Below, piece after piece: positions 1-10,306 of a DNA stretch of 64,000 nucleotides. The stretch spans positions 192,001 through 256,000 of the forward strand of contig CAWDML010000008.1 in assembly GCA_963803435.1 (NCBI GenBank), in the 5' to 3' direction. Below the pieces are notes generated by a model. The model saw nothing but the letters and a program-made list of their open reading frames with translations, ran no database searches and was not told the DNA's origin. This stretch comes from an uncultured delta proteobacterium (GTDB lineage: Bacteria; Myxococcota; Kuafuiibacteriia; Kuafuiibacteriales; Kuafuiibacteriaceae). A program made the position numbers and the translations under genes. Within the stretch, counting starts at the first letter, position 1, and every line of letters starts with the position of its first letter.

Positions 1-1207
1 AGGCCGCCTCCCGTCGATGCTCGAGCTCGATCGTGTGGTCGGTGTGGAAGAAGTCGGGCTCTCGCCGCGTCGGCTCGACCAGCTCGAGCGGCAGGCGCAC
101 GACCTCGCTGAACGAGCCCATGTTTCCGGTGCTGATCTGCGTCTCGGCATGCAGCGAGTCGGGGACGATCTCGGTGCCCCGCTCCTGGAACGCCAGCGGC
201 GCGACGCCGACGGCGGTGAACTGCCGGATCGGCGCGTCGACGCTCCCGAGCATCGCCACGTCGAAGAGCTGCGCGATCGCGTTCTGCGGCTCCCGCTTGG
301 CTTGCCTCTCCTTCGGGCGCAGCGACTCGAGCCAGGCGCGGGTCGCCCGCCGGACATCCTGCTTCGCGTGGGACAAGAGCGCCGCCCAGACCGCGTCCGC
401 AAAGTCGCCGGCCGAAAGGAATCGCTCGTCCTTCTGGTGGCGGGTGGCGCGCTTCACGATCTGCGCACAGTCGGGGGACAGATCTGCGGAGAGCGGAATC
501 TCGCCGCCGGCGGCCACCTTCAACCGGATCGTGTCCTTCTCGATCGGCGAGTGGCCCACGAGCATCCAGTGCAGCACGCAGCCGAGCGCGTAGAGATCGG
601 CGCGACCGTCGATCGCGGCCGCGCGCGCCTGCTCGGGCGCCATGAAAGCGAAGGTCCCCTTGGTCAGTCCGACCTGCGTCTCCTCGATCCGGCGCTTGGC
701 GCGGGCGACACCGAAGTCCGCCAGCTTCACGTCGCCGTTCCAGGAGATGAGGACGTTGGGGGGGCTGACGTCACGATGGATGATCCCCATCGGACGGCCT
801 TCGCGATCGACAGCGCCGTGCGCGTACTCGAGCGCGCGCGCCACCTCGACCGTCACGTGGAGCGCCACGGCCTCGGGGAAGCGCTCGTTGCGCGCCCGCG
901 CCAGCTTCATGAGCTCCTCGAGGTCGACCCCGTCGACGTGCTCGAGGACCTGAAACGGCCGATCGTCGAGCATGCCGAAGTCGAGGATGGCGACGATGTT
1001 CGGGTGGTTGAGCTGCCCGACGATGCGGGCCTCGTCGATGAACGCGTGGACCACCTTCTCGTCTTTGACGTAGGTGGGGAGGAGCTGCTTGAGGACGACG
1101 CGCCGTTCGAAGTCGTGACCACCTTGAACCAGCGCCTCCAGGACCTCCGCGATCCCGCCCCGCTTGATGGGGCGAACAACGCGATAACGGCTGGAGGTCC
1201 CGACCAT
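1..1207 (-). CDS. Hanks-type Ser/Thr protein kinase (runs off left edge)
   Basis: Manual translation from ATG 1207 (absent from ORF track because no stop lies in the window): MVGTSSRYRVVRPIKRGGIAEV..VVLKQLL..HPNIV..HRDVSPPNVLI..KLADFGVA..KGTFAFMAPEQ..RADLYALG. Confidence 0.93.
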   Translation of the reverse strand, partial: MVGTSSRYRVVRPIKRGGIAEVLEALVQGGHDFERRVVLKQLLPTYVKDEKVVHAFIDEARIVGQLNHPNIVAILDFGMLDDRPFQVLEHVDGVDLEELMKLARARNERFPEAVALHVTVEVARALEYAHGAVDREGRPMGIIHRDVSPPNVLISWNGDVKLADFGVARAKRRIEETQVGLTKGTFAFMAPEQARAAAIDGRADLYALGCVLHWMLVGHSPIEKDTIRLKVAAGGEIPLSADLSPDCAQIVKRATRHQKDERFLSAGDFADAVWAALLSHAKQDVRRATRAWLESLRPKERQAKREPQNAIAQLFDVAMLGSVDAPIRQFTAVGVAPLAFQERGTEIVPDSLHAETQISTGNMGSFSEVVRLPLELVEPTRREPDFFHTDHTIELEHRREAA

Positions 1208-1218
1208 CTAGCTCCAAT

Positions 1219-2565
1219 TCATCTGAGGCCGTGCCGCTTCAGCATCTGCGTCAGATACGAGCGGTGGATCTCCGATTCGCGCGCGGCCTTCGACACGTTG
1301 TGCCGCGAGCGCTCCATCAACGCCTTCAGGTACCGCGCCTCGAACTCCTCCACGACCAGCGAGCGAGCGTCCTTGTAGGTCATCTCGAACAGCTTGGAGA
1401 ACGACACCGAGGGGAAGCTGTCCTCGGCCGCGACCCGCCCATCTCCCGGCTCTGAGGGCTCGTCCGTGGCGGTCTCCTCCAGGTGCGGCGGCTCGCCCAT
1501 CGCCAGCGCCGCCTCCACGAAGTTGCGGAGCTCCCGCACGTTGCCCGGCCAGCGGTGCGTGGTCAGCGCCTCGAGCGCCTCCGAGGGGACGATCTCGTCG
1601 ACGGGGCCGTTGAACCCGGCCTCGCGGAGGAAGTGCTCCACCAGGAGCGGGATGTCCTCCACCCGATCGCGGAGCGAAGGGATCCGCAGCAGCACCACCG
1701 CGATGCGATAGTAGAGATCCTGCCGAAAGCTCCCCTTGTTCACCTCACGGCGGAGATCGCGGTTGGTGGCGCAGACCACGCGGACGTCGACCGAGATCGG
1801 GCTCTGCCCGCCGACGCGACGGAACACGCGCCGCTCGAGGGCGCCGAGCAAGCTCGCCTGCAGCGCTGCGGGGAGCTCGCCGATCTCGTCGAGGAAGAGC
1901 GTGCCGCCGTTCGCGCGCTCGAAGGCGCCCACGTGCTGCTGCTCGGCGCCCGTGAACGCGCCGCGCTCGTGACCGAACAGCTCGCTCGCCACCAGCATCG
2001 GCGAGAGCGCACCGCAGTCGACTGTCTCGAAAGGCTTGTCGGCGCGCAGGCTGGACCCGTGGATCGCGCGGGCCACCACCTCCTTGCCGACGCCGGTCTC
2101 GCCGATGAGCAGTACTGACGCGTCGGTCTGGGCCACCCGGGCGATCTGCGCCATGAGCTTGCGCATCGAGGGCGAACGCCCGCGCAGGTCACCGAGGCGG
2201 TCGTCCTGCAGGACCTCCATGTCGAGGGTCTCACCGTCCTCGATCCGGAGACCCGTCTTGCCGAGCATGAGGACGGTCCCTGGAGCGATGGTGGCGCGTT
2301 CGACGGCGACTGGACCGACGATCGTGCCGTTCGTCGAACCGTGGTCCTGGATCAGGATCCGGCTGCCGAGGTGCCGGAGCTCGAGGTGATAGCGTGAGAC
2401 GGTGTCGTCCGTGAGGACCAGGTCGTTACCCTCTGCGGTGCCCACGCTGATCGTGTCGGAGGTGGCGAGAATGCTCTTGCCTCGATCGAGACCCTTCACC
2501 ACTTCGACCCGAAGGCTCTGCACCGGCAGCACCGAAGCTGTGTGGGGAACGGTGGTGTCCGGCAC
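1219..2565 (-). CDS. FHA-domain sigma54-dependent transcriptional activator (FHA-AAA+-HTH)
   Basis: FHA-like N-terminus (VGT..DLVLTDDTVSRYH..STNGT), Walker A GETGVGKE, ELFGHERGAFTGA, LFLDEIGE, FRQDLYYR, WPGNVREL, C-terminal Fis-type HTH. Confidence 0.95.
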   Translation of the reverse strand: MPDTTVPHTASVLPVQSLRVEVVKGLDRGKSILATSDTISVGTAEGNDLVLTDDTVSRYHLELRHLGSRILIQDHGSTNGTIVGPVAVERATIAPGTVLMLGKTGLRIEDGETLDMEVLQDDRLGDLRGRSPSMRKLMAQIARVAQTDASVLLIGETGVGKEVVARAIHGSSLRADKPFETVDCGALSPMLVASELFGHERGAFTGAEQQHVGAFERANGGTLFLDEIGELPAALQASLLGALERRVFRRVGGQSPISVDVRVVCATNRDLRREVNKGSFRQDLYYRIAVVLLRIPSLRDRVEDIPLLVEHFLREAGFNGPVDEIVPSEALEALTTHRWPGNVRELRNFVEAALAMGEPPHLEETATDEPSEPGDGRVAAEDSFPSVSFSKLFEMTYKDARSLVVEEFEARYLKALMERSRHNVSKAARESEIHRSYLTQMLKRHGLR

Positions 2566-2701
2566 CCGCCGAGGGTAGCAACGGCCTTACCGGAGGTCGA
2601 GGCTCGAGACACCTATCCGCAAGGAATCCGAGATGCTTCCGGAATTCGAGAGCGACTTCACACTTCTTCGCGCGCGCATCCGCCAGATGTAGGCGGGAGG
2701 C

Positions 2702-5700
2702 TCACGCTTCGTCTTTGATCTCGACGCCGCGCGGAAGGATCACGTGCTTCGTGTAGACGCGCGCAGCTTCGACGTTCGCGTCGGGCTCCTGCACCAGGCC
2801 GCCGTACGTATGCGCGTGCTCCCAGAGGATCCAGTAGGTCCCATAGTCGATGTTCTGGGCGTGGTGGAGCCCGGTGTGTCCATGGTCCACGTGGAAGGTC
2901 ACCGATTGGCTCTCCAGAACGCGCAGGCCGCGCGCCTCGGCGAGCTTCAGCGCGACTGGATCGCTCGTCAGGTAGGGGACGCCCATCGCCTCCGCCTTGG
3001 CCAGCATGTGCTCGTGGAGCGCCTCCACCGAGGCCGGCGGCGCGTTCTGACCTCCGTTCGGCTGGCGCAGGATGTCGAGCTCGATCGCGTGTCCGCGTTC
3101 GAACCCGGGGAAGGTGTAGCGGTACAGACGCGCGAACCCACGGACCTCCGTGGTGCCCGCGTCGACGACGCGCGCGATCTTGTACATCGCGCTGGCAACG
3201 TGCTCGATCAAAGACACCTGATTGCTGCCGCCGTTCGGACGTAGGCACGAGCTGCCGGTGAAGGACTGTATGAACCCCTCGAGCGAGTTCTCGTCGATCG
3301 CGTACCGCCCGTCGCGCGGGCTCGATCGGATGGTCTCCGCTGTCTCACGGATCTGGTGGATGGCCTGGCTGCATCCTCTCCCGCCGAGGGTCTTGACCGC
3401 AGACTCGGCCGCCGCCAGCGCCCCCTTGCTCTCGAGGAGCGACTTCACCGGATCGACGGTCGGATCCGCCAGCACCCGCTCGATCGTGAGCGCCAGCTCG
3501 AGCGCGGCGATCCGCCGGCTCGCCGGACCGAGCCTCCGCCTGAGGGCGCGGTGCTCGGCCTTCCCTCGCTCGGTGCCGTGGAACGCGTCGACCAGCTCGG
3601 CCTGCTCCGCCCGCAGCTTCTCGAGCGAGGCGCGATCCCAGGCGAGGCCTTCCCGCTCTCGCCGTCCTGGCTTCGCGGGATGACCTTCGTCCTGAAGGCC
3701 TTCCCGCTCTCGCCGTCCTGGCTTCGCGGGATGACCTTCGTCCTGAAGGCCTTCCCGCTCTCGCCGTCCTGGCTTCGCGGGATGACCTTCGTCCTGAAGG
3801 CCTTCGAAGCCGTCGCCGTTCAGGTTGACCTCCTCCGGCAGCGCCAGCTTCAGGCCCTTGAGGAGCGTGATGGCGCGCTTGATCTCCGGGCGCTCCGCCT
3901 GTGCCGGATCGGACATCGCGGTGAGGTCGTCGGTCATCCAGACCGCGATCTGCGCCGGGCTCAGCCCCTCGAGCTGTCGCTTGCCGACCTCGTTCTCGGC
4001 CTTCCAGTTGGGCCAGTTCTCCGAACCCACCGCGTCGATCACGGACATCAGCGGATCGCGCCACAGCTTGCCCTTGTCCGAGTACACCTGGATGTCGGGC
4101 GCGGTCGCCTGGATCAGCGTGTCGAGCTCGGTCTTCCAGCGAGTGAGCTCCGCCTGGCCCGCCGGAGTGGCCGGGACACCCGCGCCGGGCGCGCCCTTCC
4201 GCAGCTCTCGGATGGCGCCGATGGCGTCCTCGTCCTTCTCGAGCTTCTCGACGATCAGATCGATCGGAAGATCCTGCAACCTACCTTGCCGAAGCTCGAC
4301 CGCCACCATCTCGGCGGTCGCCATCAATGACTTCTGATCGAGGCCCGTGCCGATGAAGGCGTCCAGCAGATCGGGCCGTCCGGACTCGATCGAGGCGAAG
4401 ACCAGGTCGCGCATGACCCTGACCTGTGCGTGGCTCCGGAAGCCCTCGATCTTGGAGAGCAGCCAGCCGAGCTGCGCCTGGTTCAGGTGCCGTCCCGCGC
4501 TGAACGCGAGCTCCGCCGGCAGCCGATCGTGCGCTCGCAGGAAGTCGAGACCCTCGCGCTTGCTCCGGGCCCGGATCGCCAGCGCGCTCCCCGCTGCGCC
4601 CACGAACGCGAGTCGCTTCGGCTCGGTCAGCCCGAACCGCCAGTCGTCCTCGATCCGCGGGAAGGCGGTCTCGATGGGCCGGTCGACCATCGCGGACTCG
4701 CGCGCCACCTGGATCGCGCGCCGCACCAGCTCGAGCCGATCCTCTGGGTCCTGTCGATCGAGCTCCGCGATCGGAGCCAGCAGCTTCGCCAGCAGCGGCA
4801 CGGGATCATGGCGCAGCTCTCCGCGCAGGTCCGCGAGCCCGGGCCGCCCGGCGCCGTCCTGCGTGATCAGCCCCGAGAGCTTGACGTCGGGCAGCGCCTC
4901 CCGCACGGCCACCGCGAGCTGTCCTACGCGCTCCACGTCGTTGTACGCGATCGCCGCGCCGTACCCTCGGGACAGCTCGGACGCGATCGGACCCGCCTCG
5001 TCGCCGAGCATCGGGAACAGTACGGGGTGTGCGCTCGAAAACTTCTGCGCGAAGCGCTCGAGCTCCGGCTGATCGGCGGCGTGCCGGGCGCGGTCTGCGA
5101 GCCCCTGCGCCAGCGGGACGGCCACCGCCGGGTTGTAGACGTAGCGGAGGAGCACCAGCGCCGACCGCGCCGCCAGCGCCGGCGACAGATCGTCGAGCGC
5201 GGCTTCGGCGGCGGCGAGTTGAGCGTGATCCTGTCCGCCGACCGTCACAGCGGCGTCGATGAGCGCGAGCGCCACTCGACCTGCCTGGTGCCCTCGCGCT
5301 GCGGCCAGCACGTCGGCCGGTGCGTTCAGCATCCCGTGGAGCTGACCGCTGAAGTGCTCGAGCAAGGTGGCGCACGCCGGCGACCGCGCGTTTGCAAGAC
5401 AGATTGCGGCGATGTCTTCGAGGATCGGACGGTTCTGGTCGGTGATGCGGGCCTGGTTCTGGACCACCGCCGTCATCAGGTTCTGCGCGGCGGTGTAGAG
5501 GCGCTGGTCGCCGGAGGGGTTGAGCCTGAGCAGCTCCACGAGCGCGTTTACGAGGGGAGCTCCCGCGGCTCCCAGCGCCTGCGCGCTCTGCACGAGCTGT
5601 TCGATCGCCGCGGTCTGCGCGGGCGCCCAGTGAAGCGTGACCTTGTCCTGCGCCGCCGCCAGCGCGCCGCGCCAGTCCTTGGCATGGCTGAGGGCCTCGA

Positions 5701-6404
5701 GCACCGACAAGTTCAGCTCGGCGGCCTGCGCCTGATCGATCCCGGAGGCCGGCGAGGCGTTCTCGATGAACGCTCCGACCTCGCGCCAGAGCGCGGGTCG
5801 AATCGGCCGCCGAGAGGTTCTTCGTTCTCCGCTCGAGGACCTCCACGAGGTTGCGATACAGGTGAAGCGCCGTGTGTCCACCGGCGCGTCCTTCCTGCGC
5901 GGCGGCGAAGGTGCGGACCGCCTCGAGGGCCTGTCCTGCGTTCTTCGCCAGGTCGCCGGGTCCATGCTCACCGCGCCGCTCGAGCAGCGAGGCCAGGGTC
6001 GCGATCGCCGGCATGAGCCGTTCGTTGGAGCCGACGTCCTGAACGAGCGCATCCATCGCCTCCAGCGACGCCGCCGCTGCGTCGCCGCGGGTGGAGTGGG
6101 GCAGCTTCGTGAGCGTCTTGCCGAGCGCCTTGTAGAAGCCTTCGATCGTGCGCACGTACTGGCGGGCGCGGAACGGCTCCATCGTCACCGAAGCGTGGGC
6201 GAGCGAGTCGAGGTGCGGGATCGACGGCTCGAGCAGCTCGCCGTACTTCGCGGCGACGTCCGAGTGGACCAGAAGGCGTTCGAAGACGCGCATGTCGACG
6301 TCGGCGGCGACGGCCTTTGGGACGGCTCTCTTCTTGGCGGGCGCGACCTGTCGGTGGACCAGCTGGGCGTGGCCGGCGGCAAAGCGTCGGATCCAGGACG
6401 TCAT
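2702..6404 (-). CDS. Large (~1230 aa) orphan protein split by one frameshift near 5795
   Basis: ORF from ATG 6404 (GGGAG RBS) reads MTSWIRR..NLSAADST. Removing one C from CCC joins it to ALWREVGAFIEN.. of ORF 2702..6052. GC3-rich codon usage on both sides. Confidence 0.7.
3645..3805 (-). repeat. 3x51-bp perfect tandem repeat (+8 bp) in frame, encoding (EGLQDEGHPAKPGRRER)3
   Basis: Plus-strand unit aggccttcccgctctcgccgtcctggcttcgcgggatgaccttcgtcctga occurs three times, then aggccttc. Confidence 0.97.
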
Positions 6405-6469
6405 CTCCCTGTAGTGTCGGAGATTAGCGTACCTTTCGACTCCACCAGAGGGCGGATGATGTTAACCCG

Positions 6470-8266
6470 TCAGGCGGCGGCGTTTTCGGAGCCGTCGGCG
6501 TACATCGCTTCGATTTCCTTGGAGAAGCGCTCGTGGACCTTCTTCCGCTTCACCTTCAGCGTCGGGGTGAGCTCTCCGGTATCGATGCCCAGGACCTGCT
6601 CCGGGATCACCCATTTTCGGATGTGCTCGACCCGGGCGAACTCGGCGTTGACCGCGTCGACCTCCTTCTGGAGGTGGGCTCGGAGCCTCGGATTCTCGTG
6701 CAATCGCTCCGTGCTCTCCCGGTTTTCCTCGGCCCAGCGCTGCGCCGCCTCGCCGTCGAGCCACAAGAGCGCCGACAAGAACTTTCGTCGGTCCCCGATG
6801 ACGACGGCCTCCGCGATCAACGGCCGGTTCTTGAGTGAGGCCTCGATGTTCTTCGGGGCGATGTTCTTCCCGCCCGCCGTGATGATGATGTCCTTCTTCC
6901 GGCCGGTGATGTGGAGGAAGCCTTCCTTGTCGATCGTGCCCAGGTCGCCGGAGCACAGCCAACCGTCGACCAGCGCCTCCTGCGTGGCGGCCTCGTCCTT
7001 GTAGTAGCCGAGGAAAACGTTCGGTCCCTTCACCTTGATCTCGCCGTCCTCCGCGATCTGCACGTCCACACCGGGCAGCGGCGGACCGACGGTCCCAAAC
7101 TTGGTTTTGCCGGGCAGATTGAAGCTGGTGGGGCCGGTGTCCTCGCTTTGGCCGTAGACCTCGTAGATGACGACGTCGAGCCCGGCGAAGAACTCGAGGA
7201 TCTCCTTCGCCACCGGCGCGGCGCCGCTGACGCAGATGCGTGCGCTGCCCAGGCCGAGCGCCGGCTTCACCTTCGAGTACACCAAGCGATCGGCGAGCCG
7301 ATGCTGGAGCTCGAGCAACGTCCCCGGCGGTCGGCCTGCGTTCTTCGCCCCGTGATAGCGACGTCCGACGTCGAGCGCCCACTCGGCGATCGCCTTCTTG
7401 GCGCCCTTGGCCTGCTTCATCTTGCCGGTGACGCCGGCGTGGAACTTCTCCCAGATGCGCGGCACGGCGAAGAAGACCGTCGGCTGCACCTCCTTGAGGT
7501 TGTCCGGGACCTTCTCGATCGACTCCGCGAAGTAGACCGCGCTCCCGTAGGTGACGGGCACGTGCAGTGTGAACTGCTGCTCGGCGATGTGCGAGAGCGG
7601 CAAATACGACAGCGAGTGATCACCGCTGTGCACCGGGAGGATCTTCTCGACCAGGCTCGCCGTCCACGCCAGGTTCTCGTGCGACAGCATCACGCCTTTG
7701 GGCGGGCCGGTGGTGCCCGAGGTGTAGATGAACGTCGCCAGCTGCTCCTTCTTCAGGTTGTCGATCCGCTCGTCGAGCTTCGCGTCCTCGACGTTCGCGC
7801 CCATCGCCATGAACTCTTCCCAGGTCATGACCTTCGGGTGATCGATCTTCACGCCCTTCATCATCACGGCGCGCTCGAGGCGCGGCAGGTTGGGGAGCTC
7901 CTGCTCGACCTTCTTCCACTGGTCCTCGTTCTCGAGCAGCACGAGCTTCGACTCGGAGTGATCGATGATGTAGCGCACCTCGGGCGGGGAGCAGGTGGTG
8001 TAGATCCCGGCGGGCGCACCGCCCGCGGACATGCACGCGAGATCGAAGATCGCCCACTCCGGCTTGTTGTAGCCGAGGATGGAGACGGTGCCGCCGGGCT
8101 CGAGCCCGCAGTGCATCATCGCCTTGGCCGCGGTGCGGACGTCCGCCCCGTACTGCCGGTAGCTCGTGGGTACCCAGGTCCCACCGCGCTTGACGTAATA
8201 CGCCGTCTTGTCGGGGTTGCTCTTCGCGCGTGCGCGGAGCCGTGCCGGGATCGTGTCGACCGCCAT
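6470..8266 (-). CDS. Long-chain fatty acid-CoA ligase (FadD15-like)
   Basis: IYTSGTTGPPKG, YLPLSHIAE, YGQSE, SGDLG, GRKKDIIITAGGKNIAP, ELTPTLKVKR. Confidence 0.95.
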   Translation of the reverse strand: MAVDTIPARLRARAKSNPDKTAYYVKRGGTWVPTSYRQYGADVRTAAKAMMHCGLEPGGTVSILGYNKPEWAIFDLACMSAGGAPAGIYTTCSPPEVRYIIDHSESKLVLLENEDQWKKVEQELPNLPRLERAVMMKGVKIDHPKVMTWEEFMAMGANVEDAKLDERIDNLKKEQLATFIYTSGTTGPPKGVMLSHENLAWTASLVEKILPVHSGDHSLSYLPLSHIAEQQFTLHVPVTYGSAVYFAESIEKVPDNLKEVQPTVFFAVPRIWEKFHAGVTGKMKQAKGAKKAIAEWALDVGRRYHGAKNAGRPPGTLLELQHRLADRLVYSKVKPALGLGSARICVSGAAPVAKEILEFFAGLDVVIYEVYGQSEDTGPTSFNLPGKTKFGTVGPPLPGVDVQIAEDGEIKVKGPNVFLGYYKDEAATQEALVDGWLCSGDLGTIDKEGFLHITGRKKDIIITAGGKNIAPKNIEASLKNRPLIAEAVVIGDRRKFLSALLWLDGEAAQRWAEENRESTERLHENPRLRAHLQKEVDAVNAEFARVEHIRKWVIPEQVLGIDTGELTPTLKVKRKKVHERFSKEIEAMYADGSENAAA

Positions 8267-8312
8267 CCCGAGGTGTAAAGCCCGGATGCCCGGATCAAGG
8301 CAAGCGCGTCTC

Positions 8313-9176
8313 CTACCGGGAAGGCGAGCCCTTGCAAGCGTCCAGGATGCCCGTGACTTTCCGCCGGATCTTCTGGCCGTAGCCGGCGAGGCTGACGCGG
8401 GCCAGCGTGGTGTTCGCCTCTGGACAGCGCTGGGCCGACTGCAGATCGACGGCGAGGTTGAACGCGAGCTGCGGATTGTCCGGGAACTCGCTCCATAGGC
8501 TCTTCGAGAGGTCGAGCCGGGGCCCGATCTCGAAGTTCCGCGCCACCACGGTGGCCTCCGGCCGGTACACGGAGTTTGCGCCGAGGAGGATCTTCATCGC
8601 CTTGGTCCCGCGGGCCTCGTCGCCCTGGATGCCGACGAGCGTCAGGACCGCGCGCACCGGCCAGTCCGCGTGGGTGAGGGCGAGGTTGGCGACGCCCTCC
8701 GCATAAAAATAGGTTGGCGTCTTCTTCTTGATCCGACGCCGGCGCTCCAGCAGGCGTTGCGCCTCCTTCACGGCGCGGATCGCCTCCGTGCGCTCGCCGA
8801 GCCGGACCATCAGGTGGACCCGGCGGAGCTTGGCCTCCAGCACCAGATCGTCGAAGCGCGGGGAGCGGTAGCCGTTCTCCACACCGAAGGCCTCGAGGTC
8901 GCTGATCCGCGTCTTCAACAGCTCGAGCAGCTTCTCCTCGTCGTCGTACAGCGCGATCTGCATCTCGGTCGCGGAGACCAAGAGCCACAACCCACACGCG
9001 CGCGCGTCCAGGTCCTTCGCGTCGCGCATCGCGGTCGCGCGGGCCATCGCTTGATCGACGTGGGCCGCGTACGCCAGCGCGGTCGCCTCCAGACAGTCGG
9101 TTCGAACGAACCACGGCTCGGCCGCCGACGCCGGGCTGGCGGCGAGGAGGAGCGCGCCGAGGACCAACGACCGCAT
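8313..9176 (-). CDS. Exported helical/TPR-like hypothetical protein
   Basis: Signal peptide MRSLVLGALLLAASPASA, helical repeats, coding-like codon bias. Confidence 0.7.
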   Translation of the reverse strand: MRSLVLGALLLAASPASAAEPWFVRTDCLEATALAYAAHVDQAMARATAMRDAKDLDARACGLWLLVSATEMQIALYDDEEKLLELLKTRISDLEAFGVENGYRSPRFDDLVLEAKLRRVHLMVRLGERTEAIRAVKEAQRLLERRRRIKKKTPTYFYAEGVANLALTHADWPVRAVLTLVGIQGDEARGTKAMKILLGANSVYRPEATVVARNFEIGPRLDLSKSLWSEFPDNPQLAFNLAVDLQSAQRCPEANTTLARVSLAGYGQKIRRKVTGILDACKGSPSR

Positions 9177-9319
9177 CCGTCCACCCTAGGTCACGCGGGC
9201 CCAAAGGCGAAGCGCCGGGGTAGGTTCCGTTCGCACCCGACAGATCCGGTCGTCGGCTGAGGTCGACACACCGTGAGATCAATCCAACACCCGATGCTTA
9301 CAGCAGTCCTGTAATGCCG

Positions 9320-9335
9320 TGGCACATCCGTTGCT
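9320..9335 (+). promoter_or_regulatory. sigma54 (-24/-12) promoter
   Basis: TGGCACATCCGTTGCT matches TGGCAC-N5-TTGC (GG-N10-GC). Palindrome TTACAG-N5-CTGTAA at 9298-9314 lies immediately upstream. Confidence 0.75.
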
Positions 9336-9350
9336 TTGGGTCGGAGGGCG

Positions 9351-9776
9351 ATGAACCTCGAAGACCCGAATGCCATGATCGAGATGTTCGAAGGACTCCC
9401 GCAGGACCGGCAGGACGCCGTGGCGGGATGGTTCATGGTCCAGCGACTCATCACCGAGCACGCCGGCGTCGAACGCGACGAGTGGTTCGGGATGATCCAG
9501 GAGGCCCTCGATCATCCCCTCGACTTCGGGTTCGTGGAGCTTGCGCGAGCAGGAAACAACGAAGGGGTCGATCTCGAGCAGATCGAAGACCTTCGCGAGA
9601 AGCTCGGCGAGAAGACGGCGAAGAAGGGGCTCGAGGGCGAAGGCATCGTCCACGCCGGAAGGAAGGGCGGGCTCGAGCAGGAGCTCCTCGAGCGGTTCAA
9701 AGCGCAACGGATGAGCTTCGAGAGCGGCCGAACGGCCAAGAAGGGGCGCGCCCCAAACGGACGAAACGCGCGCTGA
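9351..9776 (+). CDS. Hypothetical protein (acidic N-terminus, basic tail)
   Basis: GGAGGG then ATG 9351; start could be the next Met; coding-like codon bias. Confidence 0.75.
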   Translation: MNLEDPNAMIEMFEGLPQDRQDAVAGWFMVQRLITEHAGVERDEWFGMIQEALDHPLDFGFVELARAGNNEGVDLEQIEDLREKLGEKTAKKGLEGEGIVHAGRKGGLEQELLERFKAQRMSFESGRTAKKGRAPNGRNAR

Positions 9777-9795
9777 AGTCAAGGAGGACATTGTC

Positions 9796-10056
9796 ATGGG
9801 TTTTTGGAATGCTTTGGGAAAGGGTCTCGGCGCCGGCATCGGGCTGGGGACCGGGTTCGCGCTCGCCGGTGCGGGGATGAACGTGTTCGCCAACCTGTTC
9901 GGCGGCAATAGCCAATGTCAGGACTTTTGCGGATACCGGGGCAACCAGTTCGCCCGGATGGACGGTTATCTACAGGGCCGCTTCGACCAGGCCCGCTACG
10001 ACCAGTCACGGCTGCAGATGGCCGCCCTCTACTACGGCGCGATGGGCTGGGGCTGA
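9796..10056 (+). CDS. Small glycine-zipper peptide (86 aa)
   Basis: Strong RBS AAGGAGG; MGFWNALGKGLGAGIGLGTGFALAGAGMNVFANLFGG..CQDFC.. Confidence 0.8.
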   Translation: MGFWNALGKGLGAGIGLGTGFALAGAGMNVFANLFGGNSQCQDFCGYRGNQFARMDGYLQGRFDQARYDQSRLQMAALYYGAMGWG

Positions 10057-10066
10057 GAGGTCTCCT

Positions 10067-10306
10067 ATGAGCGATCACGATCCGCGAATCCTCAAGCACG
10101 TCAAGACGCTCACCGAGGTGGGCACCGACGTCGAGAAGTTCGTCACCGCGTTGGAAGCGATCCGGACGGACCGCAACCTCTCCAGCGTCGCGAAGAAGGC
10201 GATCATGCGGACGATCGCTCAGGATCAGGCGATCGCGTTCCTGGCGGCGGCGACCGGCGAGACGCCGCGGCCGATCAAACGTGCGGATCACCCGCCGACG
10301 AGCTGA
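10067..10306 (+). CDS. Small helical hypothetical protein (79 aa)
   Basis: GAGG RBS, 10 bp after the previous stop, GC3-rich codons. Confidence 0.75.
   Translation: MSDHDPRILKHVKTLTEVGTDVEKFVTALEAIRTDRNLSSVAKKAIMRTIAQDQAIAFLAAATGETPRPIKRADHPPTS

Noticed and set aside
3645-3805. Repeat array as CRISPR
   Set aside because: Units are directly adjacent and identical, with no spacers and no cas genes
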